64,000 nt of DNA, taken from assembly GCF_009914755.1 (NCBI RefSeq), contig NC_060928.1. One strand, given 5' to 3'. This stretch comes from the human T2T-CHM13v2.0 reference genome, Homo sapiens. Under the pieces are notes generated by a model. The model did no database searches and was not told where the DNA came from. It saw nothing but the letters and a program-made list of their open reading frames with translations. Both the position numbers and the translations under genes were made by a program. Shown one piece after another: positions 18,881-30,964 of the stretch (positions are counted from its first letter, which is position 1; each line of letters begins with the position of its first letter).

Positions 18881-19059
18881 GTGAGATAATGGATAATCTT
18901 ATGCTAGAAGCTGGAGATGATGCTGGAAAAGTGAAATGGGTGGACATCAATGATAAACTGAAGCTTTATGCCAGTCACTCTCAATTCATCAAACTTGTGG
19001 CTGAGAAACGAGATGCACACTGGAGCGAGGACTCTGAAGCTGACTGCCATGCGTTGTAG
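18881..19059 (+). CDS. NUDT9: NUDT9 last coding exon ([20 protein letters not shown]...EADCHAL*)
   Basis: caaccag| acceptor; phase 1 matches the preceding donor; LEAGDDA motif; TAG at 19057-19059. Confidence 0.97.
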
Positions 19060-19356
19060 CTGATGGTCTCCGTGTAAGCCAAAGGCCCACAGAGGAGCAT
19101 ATACTGAAAAGAAGGCAGTATCACAGAATTTATACTATAAAAAGGGCAGGGTAGGCCACTTGGCCTATTTACTTTCAAAACAATTTGCATTTAGAGTGTT
19201 TCGCATCAGAATAACATGAGTAAGATGAACTGGAACACAAAATTTTCAGCTCTTTGGTCAAAAGGAATATAAGTAATCATATTTTGTATGTATTCGATTT
19301 AAGCATGGCTTAAATTAAATTTAAACAACTAATGCTCTTTGAAGAATCATAATCAG

Positions 19357-19362
19357 AATAAA
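19357..19362 (+). terminator. NUDT9: Probable NUDT9 polyadenylation signal
   Basis: AATAAA about 300 nt after the stop, followed by U/GU-rich sequence (tctgtttc...ttcttgtttgtc). Confidence 0.75.
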
Positions 19363-19825
19363 GATAAATTCTTGATCAGCTATAACTTCTGTTTCATCTA
19401 GTTCTTGTTTGTCAATGCCTTCCCTCCCGCTCCCCATCTTCTGAGGCCTGAAGGATGTTCCTGCCACATCAAACTCCTTTAGGCAGAGTACCGCCACTGG
19501 ATGTATAGTTTAATGTTTCATCTGATTTTTCTTTAAATTATTTCCTTCACATTTTGCTTCACATGATCTTGTTGAAGCTAATTTTGAAAATGGAAACTAT
19601 GTTTTCTTGACTTTAGAAGCATTAGTTTTAAGAGGAAATTTCAGCCACTAGTCAATAGAGATCAAAATCAGTGAACAAGAGCTGATACTCTCATTTTCAA
19701 AAATTCTGAATTAAAAAAAGTCCAGGAAGTTAGTAATTTAAATCAGTATGTTCATTTCACTCTAGTGAAACTACTATATGTTGTAAATTAGTTAAAAATG
19801 GATGTTCAGAAAAGAATTGAAATCA

Positions 19826-20470
19826 GGACAAAAAATTACAGATGCTAGTGAGGTTGTAGAGAAAAAGGAATGCTTATACGCTGTTAGTGGGAGTGTAAAT
19901 TGGTCCAACCATTGTGGAAGAGAGTGTAGAGAGTCCTCAAATATTTAAAGATATTTGACCCAGTAATCCCATTACTAGGTATATACCCGAAGGAATATAA
20001 ATTGTTCTATTATAAACACATACTCACGTGTATGTTCATTGCTGCACTATTCACAATAGCGAAGACATGAAATCAACCTAAATGTTCATCAGTGATAGAC
20101 TGGATAAAGACAATGTGGTATATGTACACCATGGAATACTATGCAGCCGTAAAAAAGAATAAGATCATGTCCTCTGAAAAGACATGGGTGGAGCTGGAGG
20201 CCATTATCCTTAGCAAACTAATGCAAGAACAGAAAACCAAACACTGCATGTTCTCTTATAAGTGAGAGCTAAATGGTGAGAACACATGGACATGGGAACA
20301 ACACATTCTGGGGTCTATTGGAGGGTGGGAGGAGGGAGAGGATCAGGAAAAATAACTAATGAGTACTAGGCTTAATACCTTGGTGATGAAATTATCTGTA
20401 CAACAAACCCTCATGACACAAGTTTACCTATGTAACAAACCTGCACATGTACCCCTGTACTTAACAACAA
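19826..20470 (+). mobile_element. L1 3' fragment (L1PB/L1MA-like)
   Basis: ORF2 C-terminal and 3'UTR motifs: gcactattcacaatagc, atggaatactatgcagcc, acaaacctgcacatgtacccc. Confidence 0.9.
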
Positions 20471-21496
20471 AATAAACACAAAGGAAAATGTTAGCCATGT
20501 GTGAATTTTAAACTTCTTGGTAGTCACATTAAAAATAAAAAGAAACAAGTAAAATGGTTTGTAATTATTTAATCCATTATATCCAAAATATCTTAATATG
20601 TGATCAATATATAATTATTAAGTAATTATTTTGGTTCTATAAAAACAGGAACAGAGGTGGAGGTCTCTGTGAGTTAGTGTTTTTTTGTTAGGAAAGAAAT
20701 GTTAAAGATTGAAATAGATTTTTGAGAAAAGCATGGTTAATGTTATAAATCCCAGAGGAAAGGAGGGGGTTGGTGCTTTGGGGGTTTTTGGAAGCAAGGA
20801 AAAGGAAAGAAAAGTAGTACTGCCTTGTCTTAGTGGACATGTTTATCTCATTCTGGCTAAGGATCTCTGTTGGAAAGCCCTGTGATAGGAACTCCTATCC
20901 ACCTAAGTAGGGTTGGGCTATAGCTGGAGCATCTCAGGAAAAGCTTTAGGGGAGACAGACATTATCGTTTTCTTTCCTTCAGATGTTTGAAAAAGATTAG
21001 GCTTACTCTGTAGCTAGAGAGCAGAATTACGGTTAAGGTAAAACAAAGTGTTGTTCTGTTTTTTGTTTCGTTTATTTGATGTCAGAAATTTTGGTGGTAA
21101 ACCTGAATTGAACTGACAGGAGGCTTTTTTCCCCTTAGTTACGACTGTAGATTTTCCTGAAAAGCATTAGAATGTTTGATTTCAGGATACCTTGAACCCT
21201 TCTGGAGTAGTTATAAATAGGGCTTATGTATGTATTAACTTCTAAAAATCCATAAAATCCTGGTCCCTACGGTGAGTAATAAGGGATTGATACTTGATGA
21301 GGATGACCTGCTCAAGAGGTTAGATGGCCTTCCTGCATGGAAGAGTTGGCTTCTACTTTCACCATTTGGCAGGAAGAAATTGCTTCTTCCTATCACTGAA
21401 TGGAGTTCTCCAAAATTGAAGCTACTTGTTTACAAAAGCTCTTTTAACAGTTTGAGCAATTTTCTGAAAATTTTGGCCTTTACTTGTGTGTCATAG

Positions 21497-21802
<306 letters not shown>

Positions 21803-21839
21803 TAATAGTTTTGATACATTTGAACTGCCATTAATAAAG

Positions 21840-22024
21840 ACATTTGGTTATATTAAAGGTTTATTTAAAGTATGACTAAAGCCCATGGTCTAGATACATT
21901 CTTTATGGTTTTTTGGAGTTTTCACTGGAACATGCACAAAGTATGCAAAATTATAAAACTACCATCAACTATAGTTAAGATAGAAGTAGATACTCTTCTG
22001 ATAACTGTAAATATCCAGCACCAT
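21840..22024 (-). other. SCPPPQ1: Candidate SCPPPQ1 last (3'UTR-only) exon with poly(A) signal
   Basis: Textbook acceptor CTAACattttgttttttccctattatag| at 22025; AATAAA on the - strand at 21865-21860. Confidence 0.6.
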
Positions 22025-23039
22025 CTATAATAGGGAAAAAACAAAATGTTAGTTTCAGATATTCCTAGAGGAAGATCTATCTGCTATATCACTAGGTAAT
22101 ATTCCCTTCATACTTATTTTCCTTATGTCTTATGTAAAATGAATGTTTTTTATTTTAGAGACATTTAGTAAAATAAGTAATAATATTTGCCATTTACTGA
22201 GTATCTATTATATTTCTTAATTCTATCCACATCCTGTTAGGTAGTAGTATTCCCATTTCACAAATGAATACATTGATATTTAGAAAGGTTGCCCGCAGTT
22301 TTATTTGCTAGTAGAGTTGGGATTTGAATCATGGTCTGACTGGGTTGCAAAGCTATTCTGTCTATTGTATTCCCTACTAAGGTTAAGAGTCTTTTATGAT
22401 ACATTATTTAAGTATGCAGCTTGGAAGATTATGTGTAACATAAGTAGTACTCATGTTATTCATAGTATTGCAGTTATGATTTGTGAGTTGAAATTTAAGG
22501 GCCACACCTGATTTGGCTAGCATTGTTGAAGTTGTTTGTGTAATTTTGGCCCAAAGATAGTTTATTTGATGATAACCTAAGGATAAAGGGCCACAGTCAG
22601 TGTTTGTTTTGTCAGCAGGTGTTCTTGAGCTTTTGAAAGCATTTCAAACTCAAATAGAAGGATATGCAAAGTTTCCTTAGGATCATAACTACTTTAAATA
22701 TTTGGTGGCTAAAGGGGGAACTTGAAAATTCTGAGCACTTCGAGAGGCTATTCTTATTTAACAGTATGTTTTCTTATGCTTAGGACTTCTGGTGGTGGTT
22801 ATTTTCTAAAATATTTCTGGAGTTTTAATAAACTGACTTTAAAATACATCCTTTGAAGAAAGCATTTGTAATTAATTGGTCTTGTTTACACCTATTTTCA
22901 TCATATTATTAATTTACCGTTGTGGACACAATCAGAGGCAATTAAACTCATGATAAAAATATTGAAAAGGATATAAATGCATGAAAGAATTTGGAGATTT
23001 TACTAACCATACGTAACTTCTGGCATAGTAGTGGGAGAA

Positions 23040-23045
23040 TTATTT
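23040..23045 (-). CDS. SCPPPQ1: SCPPPQ1 penultimate exon coding K-stop (exon about 23008/23013-23045)
   Basis: tattttgacag|AAA TAA, then donors |gtatgg (23012) or |gttagt (23007); casein-like short stop exon; an alternative candidate lies at 23653-23727. Confidence 0.6.
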   Translation of the reverse strand, partial: K

Positions 23046-23730
23046 CTGTCAAAATAGATAATACAGATTATAGTTATAATTTATATGAAGATATTTTCAC
23101 CACAATTCCTTCTTCACCCATGCCTCCCATTTTATGGTTATTTTATTGCTGATGTGTTAATATTGGTATAATCATGTATGTTGGAGGTGGAAAATAATGT
23201 GGAACTGTTAAATGCTGATAAATTGAATCCTTAACTGTTTACAGCATAGAGCTTAATCTCTCCCACTTGGCCTCAGATAGTCTAAGTATTTGAAATGGTA
23301 AAAGGTACTAAATAAGCACTTCAGGGCAATGTAACTTGTTAGGAGAGAAGCAGTTGGGTGGAAATCCAGTTTCTTTCTCCAAGGCTGTAGTACATACACT
23401 ATGATTGGGCCCGTGAATAGCCTCTGTAGTCCAGCCAGGACAACATAGCAAGATCCTGTTTCTTAAAAATATTAGAACAACAAAAGGGATATATACCTTT
23501 TTGGTCTCCACGTTTTTCTTTCTTTCTTTCTTTCTTTCTTTTTTTTGGTATGTATTTTACATGAAAGCAAACTTCAGTGAAAGTCAAAGTAGAAGTCAAA
23601 GTTTGTAGCCTTTGTATCCAGCAAGTTAATGCTTTTTGTTAAGATGTGTTACCTTGCCTTGAGATCAGTCCATTTCTAGGTGTGGCAGTTTTACAGTAGG
23701 CTTTTCTCATTATTTACTATGAATTGCCTA

Positions 23731-24049
<319 letters not shown>

Positions 24050-24333
24050 GCCTGAAGCAAACTTTGTTGTTTGAAATTTCATATTGCATATATGCCTGTA
24101 AATTTAAATTTTGTGAAATATCAAGGACATTATTAAAAAATACCTTTTTAGACTGGCAAAAATTTTGATGTAAAGATTTTGGAGGAAATGAGTTTATAAC
24201 TTATGAGTTCTAGTTTGGTAGATCAGTTGAGGTTGACTCTCATATTTTTATAGTTACAAAGAGTTTCTCTTACCTTTCGTGGCATTGAATATAACTTACC
24301 TTTATCAATTTAGTCATGGAAATAAAATCTTAC

Positions 24334-24345
24334 CCCAGAGAAGTT
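24334..24345 (-). other. SCPPPQ1: Degenerate 12-nt SCPPPQ1 exon 8 (NFSG) lacking its AG acceptor
   Basis: Branch-like TACTAA, about 30-nt T tract, then ttttGG|AAC TTC TCT GGG|gtaaga; donor intact, acceptor reads GG. Confidence 0.6.
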
Positions 24346-24449
24346 CCAAAAGTTAAAAAAAAAAACAACAAAAAAAAATTTAGTAAGATGTTATCTTTAG
24401 TCTATTAAGTAAATGTGTAGTTTATTATAGCATAAAAATAGAGCCTTAC

Positions 24450-24479
24450 CCCTAGTTGGTTCAAAATAGCAATGAGTAA
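24450..24479 (-). CDS. SCPPPQ1: SCPPPQ1 exon 7: LLIAILNQLG
   Basis: ttcttccttcacag| ... ggg|gtaagg; 30 nt, phase 0. Confidence 0.82.
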
Positions 24480-25212
24480 CTGTGAAGGAAGAAAAATTGA
24501 TGATCAGTGCTGTCAATAGGTTAATTTTTAAACCTACATTTAACTTATTACATATGCAAGTTAGTATACTTTGTATACAAAAATCTATTTTATTGAAAAA
24601 TTCCATTTTATTGCTTAGTATATTATTTATATGATACAAGATTTTAAAATGACAATATCTGGATTTAAATACCTTTAATTCACAGAAATATTTTCTTTCT
24701 ACAGCTTTGTAATGATATTTACCATATTTGAAAGTTAGAAAATTGATTTGAATGGTTAAGAAACCCTCTGTGTACACTTCCATACAAGTCCCATCTTTCA
24801 TAAATGATTCAGATTCCCTGTGTGAATGATACTTGAACTAAAATTTTAGGACAACTATGAATACTTTGTTTTGAGAACTTGCTTATACAAGCAGTTTTAC
24901 TGGAAAATTGTTTTGTAGCATCCACATGGTCCTGTTTTAAGATTCTGGCAGCTTGCTCAAGAAATTGACCAACTCCGTCTAAAAGGTGAATCTCTTTACT
25001 TGTTGAGCTGTCTGTCTTAGAGTGTATGCAGTAATATTTAAGCTAAACACTGTCCCAACTGTGACAGATCTTAGGCACGAACAATGCCCTCAGGTAGCGT
25101 TTGTTCTGTTAGGGTGCCTTTCTCTGCTCCCTACCTTAATTAGGACCATTGAGAGATGTTGAATGTAGTATTTATATGGACTTTATAGAATAACAGGGCA
25201 GAATATATTTAC

Positions 25213-25239
25213 CGCGATAAGATCATTAGGTGTGAGGAC
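25213..25239 (-). CDS. SCPPPQ1: SCPPPQ1 exon 6: VLTPNDLIA
   Basis: ttcctttattctag| ... gcg|gtaaat; 27 nt, phase 0. Confidence 0.85.
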
Positions 25240-25592
25240 CTAGAATAAAGGAAACAGTCAAAGTAAGGAGTTGTAATTCAGCATTTCATCTACTTTTGTA
25301 TCTTATATATTTTATATTAGCTTGGTAAATGAGAGCATGCTTTTTAGAATTCTCATCATTTCTAAAGTTCAATTATTAAAATTCACTAATATTTTAAGTA
25401 CCCCCCCCAACCCCAAACCTATCTCTGGAAACATGTAGTCTGTATTTTCTGTTGTGGGCTCCAGACATAGCAGTGACTTCTTGGAAAGATTATTAAACCT
25501 ATGATTATTGGGTTTGAAAAAGACTATTTTGGGATCACCTCTTTCTGAAAGAAAACTTTAATAATATTACTTCCTATAATCGTAATAGGAGT

Positions 25593-25901
<309 letters not shown>

Positions 25902-26551
25902 TTATTACTTGGAGTTAATATGCTGAAATATACATAACTTTTTTGTATGATACTGAATCCGCCTCATCTTATGTATTTATCACTAATTCAGTAAAATCTT
26001 TTCAAAAGTAAAATTTAAGCAATTCCTTTATACCATGACTGTAACCTTAAATCTATTTCAAATGCTTCTAGGATATATTACATTTCAATAAGAATGCATT
26101 TTACCCCCACTAATGACAAACGTAAGCATAAAATTTTAGAGGTGAAATGGACTTTGTAAATCATCTGTTGTCACTGTTTTATATTCTAGAAGAGGATAAG
26201 GGTCACAGGAGTTAAAGATAATTCCAAAGTATTAAAGGGCAGACATGGAGCTTACATCTCCAGATCATTTAACTTCAAATTAAGTGCTTTTTCTACTAGT
26301 TGGTCCCTGGGTTTATTCTACACAAATAAGGAAAGTTTCAGGTCTTAGGTAATTCAGTTTTCAAGGATATGTGAAATTTGAACATTCAATTACTCAAATC
26401 AAACAAAATATCAATAACTAATGGTCCCCCAAAGAGAATGTTAGCCAGTAATTATTGGTATCAAATTCTCCCCAATTAAATCTAAAGAATTTTCAAGTTT
26501 TTGTTTTGTATTAGTTTAAGTATTTCCTAAGGAAGCTTTAAGTATAACCAC

Positions 26552-26590
26552 CTGATTTGGATTGTAAGGAAAAGGAAAAGGAATAGAAAT
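26552..26590 (-). CDS. SCPPPQ1: SCPPPQ1 exon 5: ISIPFPFPYNPNQ
   Basis: Long T tract + gtag| acceptor; 39 nt, phase 0; weak donor CAG|GTGGTT. Confidence 0.82.
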
Positions 26591-26961
26591 CTACAAAAAA
26601 AAAAAAAAAGTAAATTGTGAATGAAACTGTGAACACTTTCTCTTGCTTTTTCTCATTTATTCATACATTCACTCATCCTTCCACCCATCTATCCATCCAT
26701 CCCTACAATATTTACTGAGCAATTATTCTATATCTAGGGTTTAGGGATAGCAGTAAATGACACTTAGAGAGCTCACCTTCTATTTGGTGGAGATTAGAAT
26801 CTAGTGGGTTCAATATAATATTTTCTTTCAAGAGGTATGGTTGTTCTTCTTAATTTATCTAACTTAAAGCCCAGGAATCTGTCTTAATGTGTTGATAGTT
26901 TTTACAAATCTACCACTTTCCCTACAGTGTTACTTTCTTTGCTTGCTTTGAAGATACTAGT

Positions 26962-26975
26962 CTGCCATCTGGTGG
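26962..26975 (-). promoter_or_regulatory. CTCF consensus motif in SCPPPQ1 intron 4
   Basis: CCACCAGATGGCAG, a full match to CCASYAGRKGGCRS; occupancy unknown. Confidence 0.55.
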
Positions 26976-27122
26976 TAGGAAGAGTTTCCATTTCACAGAA
27001 GAGTGATTCTTTTAATTGTCATATAGATTTAAATAAATTTAAATTTAAATGTTAACAGTGATTCCTAAGTTCTAATTATAAACCAAGACTCCAAGATTTT
27101 GCATCAGTTTAAAATAAATCTT

Positions 27123-27882
<760 letters not shown>

Positions 27883-28824
27883 AAGGGGTATGTGAAGTTT
27901 TAAAACGTATGTGATTTTTAAAGAAAAAAATCATTGCTTAAATACTTATCCAAATTTAACAAGGCCCCAATCTGTGTTGCAGCATCATTATTTTAGACTA
28001 AAATAATTTTCTACCCCCAAATTGCCTTGTGCTTTTCAAGTCTGCACCCATGCACTTGCTGTTCCTCTGCCTGAAATGTTTCATCCATTTGTCTTCCTTC
28101 AAGACCTGGTTCAGATACTGTCTTCTCTGAAGTCTTTGATCCATAGCTTTGTATTTGTGTCTCGAAATACTTATCAAATTACACTGTAGTTTCCCTTTAT
28201 GAGTCTCTCTTCCTCATCAGATCTGAACTTATACTGTTTGTACCTCAAGCACTCACCGTTGACTCTATAATGTAGTCGACTTACAAAAGTGTTATATATA
28301 GAATAAAGGCAACTCTATTGTGTATTTAGCATTGTTCCAAACTTTATTGAAAAAATGTTTTAAGAATCCAGATATTAGGAGAGCCTGGAGAGAGTCCAAA
28401 CAGAAAAGCAAAATAACTATTTTGCTTGAACTTGGGAAAAAGTTATATAAAGCTGGGGAAAAAAATCTTCTTAGAGAAAGAAAGCAACAAGGTGAATTTG
28501 AAAAAGCAAAAGAATGGATATTATAGAAAGAAGTATTCTCTTCATAAAGAGTAAGCTCGTAACGGTCAAAGTAATTCAGCACAAACACCTTTTTAATAGT
28601 AAGTGCAGAGAAACACTGCGAGAGGGCACTGAAGATTTGGAGGGAAATTTGCTAGCCCCTTGCCACGTTCCACTATAAGCTATATGGGAGAGAAGTTTGA
28701 ATAGCTGATTCCTGGGGACTGCCTAAAGCCTCATATTTCAGTATCAAAATTTGGAAAGTTTCATAACCACCATCCAACAAATAAATCCTTTTAGCTATTT
28801 CAGATTCCCCAAACCCATGCTTAC

Positions 28825-28902
28825 CAGGGGCGGTTGCGGAGGTAGGGGAAAGAGGACCTGAGGGAAAAATGGTGGTACTTGTGGTGGGTAAAAGATAAAT
28901 CT
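28825..28902 (-). CDS. SCPPPQ1: SCPPPQ1 exon 4: RFIFYPPQVPPFFPQVLFPLPPQPPL
   Basis: tttttacag| ... ctg|gtaagc; 78 nt, phase 0; Pro/Gln-rich. Confidence 0.92.
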
Positions 28903-28994
28903 CTGTAAAAAGAAACATGATGTCAGTCATTTCAGACAATGGCAAACTTTTAAAATGATGAATGCATTATTTAAAAATACAATTAGAAGTTCAC

Positions 28995-29027
28995 CTGTTC
29001 ACTGGAACTTTCAGCATATTGTTCGAG
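28995..29027 (-). CDS. SCPPPQ1: SCPPPQ1 exon 3: LEQYAESSSEQ
   Basis: ttttgcaag| ... cag|gtgaac; 33 nt, phase 0; ends in the SSSE (S-x-E) motif typical of SCPP exon 3. Confidence 0.9.
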
Positions 29028-30607
29028 CTTGCAAAACAATAACAGCAACAAGGTAAAGCAGCATATGGAAATACATTATCCACTAAAGAGAGGTTTTGTT
29101 CTAAAGGAGAATAAGTAATAAGCCACTATGGAGCATTATACCCATCAGTAATGTAACTTCACTTCTGAAATAAAAAGCAGTTGGATATCTAATAGGGAAA
29201 AGTTTAATTAATTTTGTGCAATGATTTGGAAGACCAAGGCTTTTTGCTTTTAAATTTATATCCAAAGAATGCTTTTATTTACATTTCTTAAGATTAATTC
29301 CATATTACATGAATATTTCCTTTTGTAAATCTTTGAATGGTGTTCTTGATTTAGTTCTCAGTAGTTATAAACTCAAAGTGAAGGGAGTGTGGAAATGTAC
29401 ACTTAAGTTCTGCACCCCAAACACAAATTTTGAAAGCTCCCTCACTTCTTCAAAAGCTCCTTTGATACAAAGTGTGCAGGGGAGAGAGTTTCTTGCCTAC
29501 TTGGTGCCCTCATATTCAGACTAGTAAACCCAGATTAGACTCAGTGGATCTCATTTGTATATAGTCAGTTGATGACAAAATGTCTATATAGGTGAAGTTA
29601 ATGATGTTCTGGGATTACAGTATTTCATATATTCTTAGATGCTATCATTGTCAAAAGCACCATTATTTCATAAATTACCAAAAAAGAAAAGCGCTGCTGT
29701 TAAGCTGCCGTGACACTTTATCAAATTGTGTTTTTAAGACACAGCTCAATTTCAGAGCTGCTGAAATATCAAAAAGTACATATTAGAATTAATGAAATAT
29801 GTATACTGCAGCATTCCCATCAGCCTAAAGAAACAGGCAATACAAATTGTTTGGAATTTTAGACCACGATACTTGCCAGCTTTGGCAAAAAGGATTGTGG
29901 TCTAAAGAAACAAATTAGGTTTGTTATCAAGGGCACTATAGATGAATGTAGCTTTTTATCCAAATCTGGTTTTCAAAAATTGGACTTTAAAGGTGTGTCT
30001 GTATGATCACTCAAATATAATTCAGGCATAAGTTGTTTTTATATTCATAATTTAGTAATCAATGTAAGTTATCTTAAATATTTCCTTCTTTAAAATCAAA
30101 TCTACAATGAGGTAGATAGTCCTTTGGTGTCAGAGCATTTCCATGTAACAGCCTTTTAAGAAAACATGAGATGGTTTGGGGCAAGGGCATTACAAATGAA
30201 ACTCAATTCAAACTGCTTAATTTAGACCTGGGTCACTGCAGAATATTTGTTCTATATCACTGAGTTTATTGAGAACATCCTATCTTTCAAATAGGACCCT
30301 TCTCTGCCTTAGATGCATTAAAAAAATCATCTCCGTGCAACTCTGAGGTGTTCCTAGGACTCATTTTATAGACAAGGAAACCATGGGTTAGTTCAAAGTC
30401 ACACAGCTAGCACATGGCATATGGAGCTGAGATTTGTACTGGGCAGAGTCTTGGACTGACAAAGAGTGGTGAACTCCTAGTTCTATGACTTTCCTGGGTT
30501 CCGCTTTCCTCTTTTGTGAAATGAAAAGATAAGACCTGCTTTCTAGCCGAGAAATGCGATGACTCTAAATCTGAAATTGAGTCAGCAGCTGAGGAGGGTG
30601 TACTCAC

Positions 30608-30664
30608 GGGGATGGGCAGAGCAGTGGCAGTGCTCAAAAGGCCAGCCAAGATGAGAAATTTCAT
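30608..30664 (-). CDS. SCPPPQ1: SCPPPQ1 exon 2: signal peptide MKFLILAGLLSTATALPIP (exon starts at 30678)
   Basis: ttccag| acceptor, 14-nt UTR, AGAATGA start context, 57 coding nt, |gtgagt donor, phase 0; casein/SCPP-type signal-peptide exon. Confidence 0.92.
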
Positions 30665-30964
30665 TCTAAAGGTCGAGCCTGGAATTGAAGGGGTAGGAGA
30701 TCATTTCGAGTTTTTTTCTATGTAAGTCCTATTCCTATTTAGAGGTGTTGAAATAGTGGTCAAGATAAATCCTGCCTCCAAACATAGGTTTTGTAAGCCT
30801 ACAAGAGTGTTTTTAAAAGCTTTGAATTCCTTAGACAAGACATGCACTGTTTAGCTCCCAACATAGCCCATTACTTTCTACTTTCTTATAAAGTTACAGT
30901 TCGGCCTATACACTGTACATGTTTGGTCCCTGAAGTTGCGTTTGTGATCTCTACACACAAATCC

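Noticed and set aside
23120-23384. Alternative SCPPPQ1 last exon (acceptor at 23385, AATAAA at 23147-23142)
   Set aside because: The acceptor lies in a FAM/FLAM Alu remnant (about 23380-23470) with no polypyrimidine tract; the 22024 acceptor is far better
24397-24801. 134-aa minus-strand ORF
   Set aside because: AT-rich, no recognisable domain; crosses SCPPPQ1 exon 7 in a different frame
28673-28945. 90-aa minus-strand ORF (LLPTTSTTIFPSGP...)
   Set aside because: Wrong frame over SCPPPQ1 exon 4; the splice sites define the PPQVPPFFPQ frame
30407-30607. C-terminal 66 aa of the 85-aa ORF 30407-30664
   Set aside because: Read-through past the strong |gtgagt donor into intron (MIR-like) sequence; only the first 19 codons are exonic
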